Shown: in pieces, positions 1 to 7,534 of the stretch
How positions within the stretch are numbered: the stretch's first letter is position 1
Layout: each line of letters opens with the position of its first letter
Origin: a virus
DNA: 64,000 nt
Direction: 5' to 3' (one strand)
Virus record (IMG/VR): IMGVR_UViG_3300032217_000845
Coordinates: 32,001 to 96,000 of that record
The notes under the pieces: model-generated
Told to the model about the DNA's origin: nothing
What the model saw: the letters and a program-made list of their open reading frames with translations, nothing else
Databases searched by the model: none
Made by a program: the position numbers and the translations under genes

Positions 1-159
1 TATGACTGGGGATTTGAAGATGCTGAGGAACGCATCATCAAATTGCTAGAGGAACTCAAAGAGTTTTGGTCAGAAAAAATGACTCTTGAATATGGCGAAG
101 CAACAATGATTAATGTAGATGAAGCAATTGCTCTTATTAAAGGAGAAACCAATGTCTGA
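1..159 (+). CDS. partial hypothetical phage protein (5' end outside window)
   Basis: Frame 1 is open to TGA at 157-159 (...ERIIKLLEELKE...IALIKGETNV) and overlaps the next ATG at 152. Confidence 0.6.
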   Translation, partial: YDWGFEDAEERIIKLLEELKEFWSEKMTLEYGEATMINVDEAIALIKGETNV

Positions 160-322
160 TGGATGGACATGTGCAATCTGCAACACCCGACTAAGCACCA
201 ATAGCAACAGTGCCCACAGTGTAGCTTTTGACCTGGAGATTATCTCTCACGCTAAGGGTCACGAATGTACCTGTGCTGATGGTGCTGATAAGTGCTTGCG
301 ATGCGAGCTGATGAACCAATGA
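152..322 (+). CDS. small Cys/His-rich hypothetical protein
   Basis: AGGAG RBS upstream of ATG 152; CxxC motifs. Confidence 0.55.
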   Translation: MSDGWTCAICNTRLSTNSNSAHSVAFDLEIISHAKGHECTCADGADKCLRCELMNQ

Positions 323-543
323 GAGAGTACGAGCTTGACTGTATCCATGGGGTAGGTCACTCTGCTGGGCTACATGGCTGTGACGGCTGCTGTTTACATC
401 TTACTAAGGCACTTGCTGATAGGGAGATTAGGGCACAGGCTTTGCTGGCTGCTGCTTACATGATTGGCTCTAAGGGAATGCCAAATGACGCTATTATCGA
501 TATGGCGGAGAAGTTCGTCAAATACATTAAGGAAGGTGCCTAA
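319..543 (+). CDS. hypothetical protein
   Basis: ATGA overlap with the previous gene; CxHGVGH...HGCDGCC motif. Confidence 0.55.
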   Translation: MREYELDCIHGVGHSAGLHGCDGCCLHLTKALADREIRAQALLAAAYMIGSKGMPNDAIIDMAEKFVKYIKEGA

Positions 544-692
544 TGGAACCTGAAAACGTCGACGCCAGTATTGATGCTTTACTAGAGCGAATTGAGTTGG
601 TAGGTGTTGAATTAGAGGTCCTAAGAGAACGTACTGCTTCTCTGAGTGATAGACTGACTTTGCTACAAATGGAAGTAAATGAAGACTTCTAG
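543..692 (+). CDS. small coiled-coil hypothetical protein (49 aa)
   Basis: TAATG coupling and GGAAGG RBS; below the ORF-track cutoff. Confidence 0.45.
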   Translation: MEPENVDASIDALLERIELVGVELEVLRERTASLSDRLTLLQMEVNEDF

Positions 693-791
693 CTACAAAG
701 GATACCCTTGTCGAAAGCATGGGATAAGATTTAAAGGAAGTTACTGCCCTAGGTGTTATAAAGAACGCCGACAAGCAGAAACCTCTAATTT

Positions 792-863
792 GCCCCGATA
801 GCTCAACGGTAGAGCACCGCTCTTGTAAAGCGGGGGTTGTGGTCTCGGAATCCACTCGGGGCT
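792..863 (+). tRNA. tRNA-Thr(UGU), atypical T-arm, no encoded CCA
   Basis: Acceptor GCCCCGA/TCGGGGC, D-arm GCTC/GAGC, anticodon stem CCGCT/AGCGG with loop CT-TGT-AA, T-stem GTGG/CCAC. Confidence 0.85.
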
Positions 864-888
864 CTCAAAAACAAACATAGGAGAAATA

Positions 889-1104
889 ATGGAAGACCTA
901 ACGACAATGGTAGGTAAGCACGTAACAATCTGGTGGAACTCCACTGCGTATAGAAACGTGAAGGCAGAAGACCTACTAGTACCTATAAGTCATGGTTATG
1001 GTGTTGTAGAGAACGAGAATAACTTTGGTATCTCTATCCACAATGAGAATGACCAGCATGTGTTTATTCCGTGGAACGCAATTGCTTCGATTACATTTAA
1101 CTAA
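889..1104 (+). CDS. hypothetical protein (small beta-rich domain)
   Basis: AGGAG RBS; 71 aa ORF. Confidence 0.65.
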   Translation: MEDLTTMVGKHVTIWWNSTAYRNVKAEDLLVPISHGYGVVENENNFGISIHNENDQHVFIPWNAIASITFN

Positions 1105-1201
1105 TTAAGGTATAATAAGTTTAGATACGCCAATTGGGTATCTATAAATCAGCTGGTCTTCGGACAGCGAAGACTGGCACAAATCACGTCTAAGGAGTGA
1201 A

Positions 1202-1702
1202 ATGAGCAATACAAATAACTGGCCTAAAAACCCGTACCCAGAAAAAGATGGTCCCTGGTCAAACCTAAAGAAACCAGAACCAAAGGTTCTAACTATTCAG
1301 GACCTCTTCCCACGCATTGAGCGTTGGGGAATCGGATGGAGCCCCGTGCTTCAGACCCTCAAAACAATCTCGGATATCAAGCCGACCTACCCGCCGTATG
1401 ACATTATCCGCAAGGAAGATGACTATACAATCGTGGTGGCTGTTGCTGGTATCAAGAAGCATGAGCTTCAGATTACTCTTGATGGTCAGAGCCTTATCGT
1501 CGCCGCAGGTACTGATACATCAGAAGAACTTGTAGGTGAGGTAGTCCACCATGGAATTGCACAGCGGGACTTCAAACTAACCTTTGCGCTCGCAGAGCAT
1601 GTAGTTGTAAAGTCTGCTGGACTGGAGGATGGGCTTCTTACTATCAAGTTGAAGCTTGAGCTTCCAAAGCACTTGGAGCCTAAGACAATCAAGATTGACT
1701 AA
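1202..1702 (+). CDS. small heat shock protein, Hsp20/IbpA family
   Basis: YPPYDI...AVAG...HHGIAQRDFKLTFALAEHVVV...LEDGLLTI alpha-crystallin signature; AAGGAG RBS. Confidence 0.92.
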   Translation: MSNTNNWPKNPYPEKDGPWSNLKKPEPKVLTIQDLFPRIERWGIGWSPVLQTLKTISDIKPTYPPYDIIRKEDDYTIVVAVAGIKKHELQITLDGQSLIVAAGTDTSEELVGEVVHHGIAQRDFKLTFALAEHVVVKSAGLEDGLLTIKLKLELPKHLEPKTIKID

Positions 1703-1713
1703 TAGCTCTTTGA

Positions 1714-1741
1714 AGACCCCTCGCTTAGGCGGGGGGTTTTC
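1714..1741 (+). terminator. intrinsic terminator after Hsp20
   Basis: GACCCCTCGC-TTAG-GCGGGGGGTTTT hairpin followed by a T-tract. Confidence 0.7.
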
Positions 1742-1756
1742 TATTAGGATTGATAT

Positions 1757-2473
1757 ATGACTAAATCCGTTTCCGTCGACGCCGCTATTGTTGTACCCTG
1801 GAGACCAGCAGAGGGTAGAGAGCAGTCATTTGATACTGCTTGGAGATACAACAATAAGGAGTTTGCTGACTTCAAGGTTTACTTCTCGGACAGTGTGGGG
1901 GAAAGATTTAATGTATCTGAGGCTAGAAACCGTGGCTGTCTTCAGGCAATCAAAGATGGTTACAAGACACTAGTAGTCATGGATGCTGACACTATCTTTA
2001 TCAAAGAAGGTGTACTAAAAGCCATCAATGAAGTTAGTACAAAGCATATAGTCAGCTATATCTATACCCACCACTTAGTGGTTGAGGAGCGAGATTCGTA
2101 CTTACTAAGTATTGGTGCTTCTTCTCCAGATGAATTGGCAGAAAGTAATACTTTTGAAGGACATGTTGGTAGTGGCTGGGCAATGTCTAGTGAGATGTTC
2201 TTAGAGATGGGTGGTTGGGACGAGAACTTTCAAGGTTGGGGATGGGAAGACAATGCGTTCCAGAAGGCATATGAACTTCTATTTAGTAGTGAGATGTCCA
2301 GAGCTCCTGGAACCTGTTACAGTCTTTGGCATCCTAAAAGGGATAGTAACAACACAGAGGATAATCGTCTAAGATATGAAAAACTATACAATCAACCTAG
2401 AAATAGTGTAGACATGGTGCGTTCACTCTTGCGTGGCAACATGGTACATCGTTTGAATAGTGATGTAGGATAA
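1757..2473 (+). CDS. glycosyltransferase (GT-A fold, GT2/GT7-like)
   Basis: VVPWR, FNVSEARNRG, DAD motif, GGWDENFQGWGWED. Confidence 0.88.
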   Translation: MTKSVSVDAAIVVPWRPAEGREQSFDTAWRYNNKEFADFKVYFSDSVGERFNVSEARNRGCLQAIKDGYKTLVVMDADTIFIKEGVLKAINEVSTKHIVSYIYTHHLVVEERDSYLLSIGASSPDELAESNTFEGHVGSGWAMSSEMFLEMGGWDENFQGWGWEDNAFQKAYELLFSSEMSRAPGTCYSLWHPKRDSNNTEDNRLRYEKLYNQPRNSVDMVRSLLRGNMVHRLNSDVG

Positions 2474-2477
2474 GAGT

Positions 2478-2729
2478 ATGAATGAGTATGGCGTTGTACA
2501 GCTGGGAGAGTATCTAGTATCTGTCCCTGGTGCAATCCTGTACCTAATTAGTACCTTCTTAGGTGGGCTACTTGCTTGGGGTATTGCTTCAAATAGCAAG
2601 GTGTTGCACCTGAAGACAAAGGTGTTGCACTTCAGACTAACTAAGTTTCTTGTCTTTGGACTACTGTTTGTGTCAGCAATAACATTACTTTGGATTCAGT
2701 TAGGAGTTTGGTTCTATGTCAAAGCGTGA
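2478..2729 (+). CDS. small membrane protein
   Basis: Two hydrophobic segments. Confidence 0.55.
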   Translation: MNEYGVVQLGEYLVSVPGAILYLISTFLGGLLAWGIASNSKVLHLKTKVLHFRLTKFLVFGLLFVSAITLLWIQLGVWFYVKA

Positions 2730-2885
2730 TGTTTGGACTGCCTTGTTTATCTACTTTATTTTGGGTGAGATTCTTTGGACAATTATCTCTATGTCGTTCC
2801 CTTGGCAGGTTTGGCTACTCGGTCAACCTGTTCTTGTCGCCGCAAGTATGGTTATCGTCGGTGCCACTATGGGAGGTAGAGACAA

Positions 2886-3233
2886 GTGAAGATTCCAACA
2901 ATGCCTATGGAAATCAAGATTGGTACTCAAGTATTCAGAGTAGTAACTCGTGACTCTAAAGAAGATGGAATGCTAAACGAGGGGTCATATGGCTATACTA
3001 TGGACTCGTCTTCGTTGATTGTCATCGACGCCAGTATTTCTAAAGCCAAGCAACGAGTGACCTTTGTGCACGAGATGCTACATGCAATCCAGATGACTTT
3101 TGGCGGCGCAACTAAGCCAAGCAAAGATGCTGACTTTGAAGAGTGGGAGCACTACTTCATCGGTACTTATGAAGAGGCTCTGCTTATTGTTCTGAAAGAG
3201 AATCCAGAAGTAGCGAAGTATCTGACTGCATGA
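2886..3233 (+). CDS. HEXXH zinc metallopeptidase-like phage protein
   Basis: TFVHEMLHAI motif with a downstream E; GGAGG RBS. Confidence 0.75.
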   Translation: MKIPTMPMEIKIGTQVFRVVTRDSKEDGMLNEGSYGYTMDSSSLIVIDASISKAKQRVTFVHEMLHAIQMTFGGATKPSKDADFEEWEHYFIGTYEEALLIVLKENPEVAKYLTA

Positions 3234-4072
3234 TATTCCACGGCAACGCTGTGGAGTTTATGCGTCAGTTAGAAGATAACTCCGTACAGCTTATTTGGAC
3301 AGACCCTCCGTTTGGAACGGACATGGTTCAGCAGATTGACTCTACTGGTAAGAAGTATCGGGACCTTTCCGTCGACGCAGTTATTGTTCTAATGAAAGAA
3401 GTAGCAAATGAAAGTCTTAGAGTTCTATCTGATGATGGGGTTCTTGCTGTTTGTCTCGATTATCGGGCGGTCCATCAGGTTTATTGCACGCTCTTGGAAG
3501 CGGGGCTTACGCCGCAAGGCGAGATTATTTGGACGTTTGGCTTAGGTCGAGGAGCAACTAAGTGGTGGGCAAATAAGCACAACACTATCCTTCTATTCAG
3601 TAAGACTGGAACGCCTTTCTTCGACGCCAGTAAGGTTCCTATGGTTGAAAGAAAGTGGCCAAAGAAGGGGTATGAGGGGGCTAAGAAGGTGTCGTCTGTT
3701 TGGGATATAACGCTGTCAAATACACATCCTGAAAGAGTTGGCTACCCTAATCAGAAACCATTAGACCTCATAAAGCCTTTCATAGAAGTACACACCCGCG
3801 AGGGTGATTTAGTTATAGACCCGTTTGGTGGGTCTGGTAGTACTGCTAAAGCTGCTCAATTGCTTGGGCGCAGGTATGCAACTGCTGACACGAACTCGGT
3901 GGCAATTGATACAATGAAAGAGAGACTTGGTAGTGATGCATTCGTTGTTTGCGAGTGTTGTGTACTAAGATATTCAGTGGAGCCACCGCTAAAGTGTGGT
4001 CGCGGGTGTAGACCTTGTGGTAGTTGTATAGCAGAGAAAGAAGTTAGAAGTGCGAGAAAAACAGATTCGTAA
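3230..4072 (+). CDS. DNA N6-adenine/N4-cytosine methyltransferase (beta class)
   Basis: Motif IV DPPF near the N-terminus, YPNQKP, motif I DPFGGSGST; Cys-rich C-terminal tail. Confidence 0.92.
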   Translation: MIFHGNAVEFMRQLEDNSVQLIWTDPPFGTDMVQQIDSTGKKYRDLSVDAVIVLMKEVANESLRVLSDDGVLAVCLDYRAVHQVYCTLLEAGLTPQGEIIWTFGLGRGATKWWANKHNTILLFSKTGTPFFDASKVPMVERKWPKKGYEGAKKVSSVWDITLSNTHPERVGYPNQKPLDLIKPFIEVHTREGDLVIDPFGGSGSTAKAAQLLGRRYATADTNSVAIDTMKERLGSDAFVVCECCVLRYSVEPPLKCGRGCRPCGSCIAEKEVRSARKTDS

Positions 4073-4328
4073 GCTGCAGAAGGACCGTCATCTCGCTGAG
4101 ATTGCTTTTACTCTTCTACGTAACCCAACCTTCAAGAACCTCACTCGCTCAGAGCGTCACAAGATGGCAAAGCTTATTTACAAGGCTGAGCTACTTGAGA
4201 TGGAACTGAAAAGCAAAGACCTTAGTAAAACGCTTGCTGCGTTCCAAGACATCATTAATCAAGTTGAATCTCAGATGATTGAGGGCCTTGATGACGATGA
4301 GGATGATGACCCTTTCTTTAATAGATAG
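4050..4328 (+). CDS. hypothetical protein with acidic tail
   Basis: 92 aa ORF overlapping the MTase end. Confidence 0.6.
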   Translation: MREKQIRKLQKDRHLAEIAFTLLRNPTFKNLTRSERHKMAKLIYKAELLEMELKSKDLSKTLAAFQDIINQVESQMIEGLDDDEDDDPFFNR

Positions 4329-4425
4329 TCAGCGTTTTGTGTTGACACCTCCCTAAAATTTGATACACTTATAAGTGCAATAGTTGTTTGTTGTTCAACG
4401 TTGTGTATTTCCTTTCTACTAAGTG

Positions 4426-4513
4426 AACCCCTCTAAGCTGCAAAGCTTAGGGGGGTTTTTCTTATGTCAAAATAAAGAGAACCCCCCAACCGCGAGGTGG
4501 AGGGTTTCTTTCT
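4426..4513. terminator. pair of terminators between convergent gene blocks
   Basis: AACCCCTCTAAGC-TGCAAA-GCTTAGGGGGGTTTTT, then a second hairpin (4479-4511) with A/T tracts on both sides. Confidence 0.7.
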
Positions 4514-4577
4514 AGGGGCTTTGTATTACGCGTTATGAGACTGTCAATGAGCGAACGCCTTTATGCCTTATCTAGCT

Positions 4578-5708
4578 TTACTTAGCCTTGTGAGCCAAAA
4601 TCCATTTCAATGGGTCAATTAACTGGTTGTATGCAGCCATGTGACCGTTTTGTTTCTTTGACATTCCCATGTGGAGATGGGCCCCGGTACTTGCGCTACC
4701 GGATGGGCTAGTAGCTTTAGAGCCACCGACCTTACCAATAATCTGACCTAGCTTAACCATGTCACCCTTTTTGACAGTAGCTGAGCTACCTGACTTTGGA
4801 GCCTTAGGGTTAGTAGGTGCGAGGTGGCAGTACTGAGTGAATACCTTATCTAGTGGGTTGTAGATTTCAACTACCCATCCAAGAACGTCAGTCCAAAAAA
4901 CGTTACTAACTTTACCAGCACAAACTGCAGGGATTGGGCTCTGGTCTTTTGGAGACCAGTCCTGACCACGGTGAGGGTGCGAACGGTAAGGAGCCATGTT
5001 GCCAAACTCATCGTTGCGAAGCTTAGGGTTGAATGGTTCCTTGTAGACGTTTGCAGGAACAGCTTTTACAACTGGCTTTGCAGCTACTGGCTCTACTGAA
5101 GCTACTGCAACAACTGGAGCCTTCTTCTCTACTGGAGCTACAGGTTCGTGAGCTGCAACTGGAGCAGTAGGTGCTTCTGCAGGAGTTGGGTTTGGAGCTT
5201 CAGCAACAACTGCTTCGGCTGCAATTACAGTCTTGATAAACTTCATTGGGTCAACAAAGCCTTTACCATCAGCAGACCATACATAAGTCTTACCAGCACA
5301 GATTTCAAAGTGTAGGTGCTTGCCAGTGACATCACCAGTTGCTCCCATCTTTCCTAGAACTGTTCCAGCAGTTACCTTCTGACCAACTTTCACTTGTAGT
5401 GAGTCCTTGACCATGTGAGCGTAAAGAGAGACATACTGCTTGCCATTGATTGTGTGAAGAATCTGAACATAGTAACCAAAGCCACCTAGTGAACCGTCAG
5501 CTTTCTTGCTCTTGCTTGGACCAGCAAAGACAACCTTGCCATCGTGGAATGCCTCGATGTAGATTACGTTTGCTGCACCCCATAGGTCGACACCATTGTG
5601 GTGCTTACGCTTAGTAGGGTCAGTTGGGTGCTGACGCCAGCCGAATGGACTGGTTACTTTGTATTCTTTGCCAACGACGCCGTCGATTGGGTATTGTGTT
5701 TTTGCCAT
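4578..5708 (-). CDS. endolysin-like protein with two M23 peptidase domains
   Basis: HNGVD...YAHM...TGKHLHFE and HRGQD...YCHL...TGAHLHMG, joined by a Pro/Ala/Val linker. Confidence 0.88.
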   Translation of the reverse strand: MAKTQYPIDGVVGKEYKVTSPFGWRQHPTDPTKRKHHNGVDLWGAANVIYIEAFHDGKVVFAGPSKSKKADGSLGGFGYYVQILHTINGKQYVSLYAHMVKDSLQVKVGQKVTAGTVLGKMGATGDVTGKHLHFEICAGKTYVWSADGKGFVDPMKFIKTVIAAEAVVAEAPNPTPAEAPTAPVAAHEPVAPVEKKAPVVAVASVEPVAAKPVVKAVPANVYKEPFNPKLRNDEFGNMAPYRSHPHRGQDWSPKDQSPIPAVCAGKVSNVFWTDVLGWVVEIYNPLDKVFTQYCHLAPTNPKAPKSGSSATVKKGDMVKLGQIIGKVGGSKATSPSGSASTGAHLHMGMSKKQNGHMAAYNQLIDPLKWILAHKAK

Positions 5709-7078
5709 TATTTATCCTCTGTTATAGGGCCGCCAACAACCCAGGCAGAGCAGGTTCTTGAGGCGGCACATTTGAAATCGAATGCTTCACAGTAGCCCAG
5801 CTCGGCCGTGTCGATAGCATCCCATGCATTTTGCTGACCAGAATCTCCAGCAGCAAGGCCGCCTTCAATACAGTCCAACATCTTTGGTGTACGAATGAAC
5901 ATTACGCAAGTTCCGCAAACACTCTTCTTTGCTTCTGCAATTGTTACGCTCCAACGGTCAGCCTTTTCTTTCCAGAATGGAGTGTTAGGTTCGTTTGGAT
6001 TTAGTGGTCCGTACTTGGCAGTTTCAATTGCTTTCTCACGATTAGCAAGGTTTACAGCAATATCTTGAGTTGCAGGAGGACACTCTTCGGTGTTGGCTGC
6101 TGCAAGAAGAGATGCAATTATTGGTGAGAAGTTAGAAGCTTCGCTGGAGCGTGGGTGCATTCTTGGAAGCAGGTCGTTGTCAGAAACGTATTTAGGGTTG
6201 TTAGGCTTACCTGACTTTACAAGTTTCAAGAAAGCGTTTACTCGACCCATGGCCCAAGAGTTTCTGTTTTGGTCTGGTCGATGGGAAGTTGAGAATGCAC
6301 CTGCTCCACGACGATAAACCGCTTTAAGTTTTGCTAGTGTGACCTTGCGTCCTGCTGGTGCTTTCTCGTTGTGCTCGGCAACTTTGTTTTCCAGAGACTT
6401 AATAATTGCTGCTGTAAAGTCGACGCCCTTACCTGTATCAGCAGAGCCTGCTTTGTTCTTGTCAGAGCCTTTGACTTGGTCTTTCTTTGGTGCTGGTTTA
6501 GAGCCAGCAGTAGCAACTAGTGGACCTCTGTATAGCTTTGCCATAATGTCGCTTTGACCACCACCAACTTTGTGTGCACAGCGGTGGTGTCCGTCTACTA
6601 ATTTGTAGCCTTCGTCATCTAGATAAACAGTGATTAGCTTTGTGTTGTCGCCAGCACCCTGCATCTTGATTGGGTCTAGGTAGTCTTGAGTCGGGATTAG
6701 GTCACTAATCTTTACAGACTCTTCAGTGTAGTTGTCACCCATGGCAGCAACCTTTTCCTTGAGCTGGTCTTGAATTAGATTAGGAGCCTTAGAGAACACC
6801 TTATCTGGAGTAACTGTGCCATCTGGTAGAACAGCGAAGCGACATAGGCCGCCTTCTTCTGTTTCGTGAGAGATGATGTCGCAACCGTTTGGTGCGTTCC
6901 AGAACACGCAGTTGCCACACTTCACGCCAATAGCAGCGTTCTCTGCGTTCTTCTCAGCGGAGTCATAGCCTGCCCAAACTCCGGTATTATCTTCATTGAA
7001 CTTGCCATGTCTATTAACGATGACGCGCAGAGCGTTCGCTAGGTCGCGCTCTTCGGGTACAAGATTATCATTAGACAT
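5708..7078 (-). CDS. multidomain protein: Cys-cluster (HiPIP-like) domains, ParB/Srx-like domain, VYRRG...WAMxRVN domain
   Basis: CGNCVFW..C..C; LIPTQD...LVDGHHR; KAVYRRGAGAF...WAMGRVNAFL; C-terminal CGTC..C..C..C. Confidence 0.7.
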   Translation of the reverse strand: MSNDNLVPEERDLANALRVIVNRHGKFNEDNTGVWAGYDSAEKNAENAAIGVKCGNCVFWNAPNGCDIISHETEEGGLCRFAVLPDGTVTPDKVFSKAPNLIQDQLKEKVAAMGDNYTEESVKISDLIPTQDYLDPIKMQGAGDNTKLITVYLDDEGYKLVDGHHRCAHKVGGGQSDIMAKLYRGPLVATAGSKPAPKKDQVKGSDKNKAGSADTGKGVDFTAAIIKSLENKVAEHNEKAPAGRKVTLAKLKAVYRRGAGAFSTSHRPDQNRNSWAMGRVNAFLKLVKSGKPNNPKYVSDNDLLPRMHPRSSEASNFSPIIASLLAAANTEECPPATQDIAVNLANREKAIETAKYGPLNPNEPNTPFWKEKADRWSVTIAEAKKSVCGTCVMFIRTPKMLDCIEGGLAAGDSGQQNAWDAIDTAELGYCEAFDFKCAASRTCSAWVVGGPITEDK

Positions 7079-7098
7079 AGGTATATTTTACCGCTTAG

Positions 7099-7302
7099 CT
7101 ACTTGACTGATTCGAGCTGGCTGATTGCGTAGTTATGACGGTACTCTTTAATAAATCCTTCTTGGTAGGCTCTGCAGACGTCCATGTTGTAAATGCGACC
7201 CTTGTCCTTAATATACTCACGCCAAGACTCTAAAGCCATTTGGCTTAGGTCTTTATGCTTAGGGCTATAGAAATGCTTTAAATAAGTAATGTAACGTTTC
7301 AT
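7099..7302 (-). CDS. hypothetical protein
   Basis: Coupled to the upstream minus-strand gene. Confidence 0.55.
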   Translation of the reverse strand: MKRYITYLKHFYSPKHKDLSQMALESWREYIKDKGRIYNMDVCRAYQEGFIKEYRHNYAISQLESVK

Positions 7303-7532
7303 TACTTCTTCTCGGCCTTCTTCTTCTTAGTAACTGGCTTCTCTTCTTCCTCTTCTGGCTTCTCGTAACGCATAGGGAAGGTTACAACCCAGATACCTAG
7401 GGTAATTAGGATAAGGTTTCCAGTTAGGTCCTTAGCAGAGCCTTCTAGTACTAGCCAAGCTACAGCCATACCTAGTAGTGTCCACGCTTGGTCGATGATG
7501 TCTTTAAGTAGTCCTTTTAGGAAGTTTTTCAT
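7302..7532 (-). CDS. small two-TM membrane protein with charged tail
   Basis: Two hydrophobic helices and an E/K-rich C-terminus. Confidence 0.65.
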   Translation of the reverse strand: MKNFLKGLLKDIIDQAWTLLGMAVAWLVLEGSAKDLTGNLILITLGIWVVTFPMRYEKPEEEEEKPVTKKKKAEKK

Positions 7533-7534
7533 TA

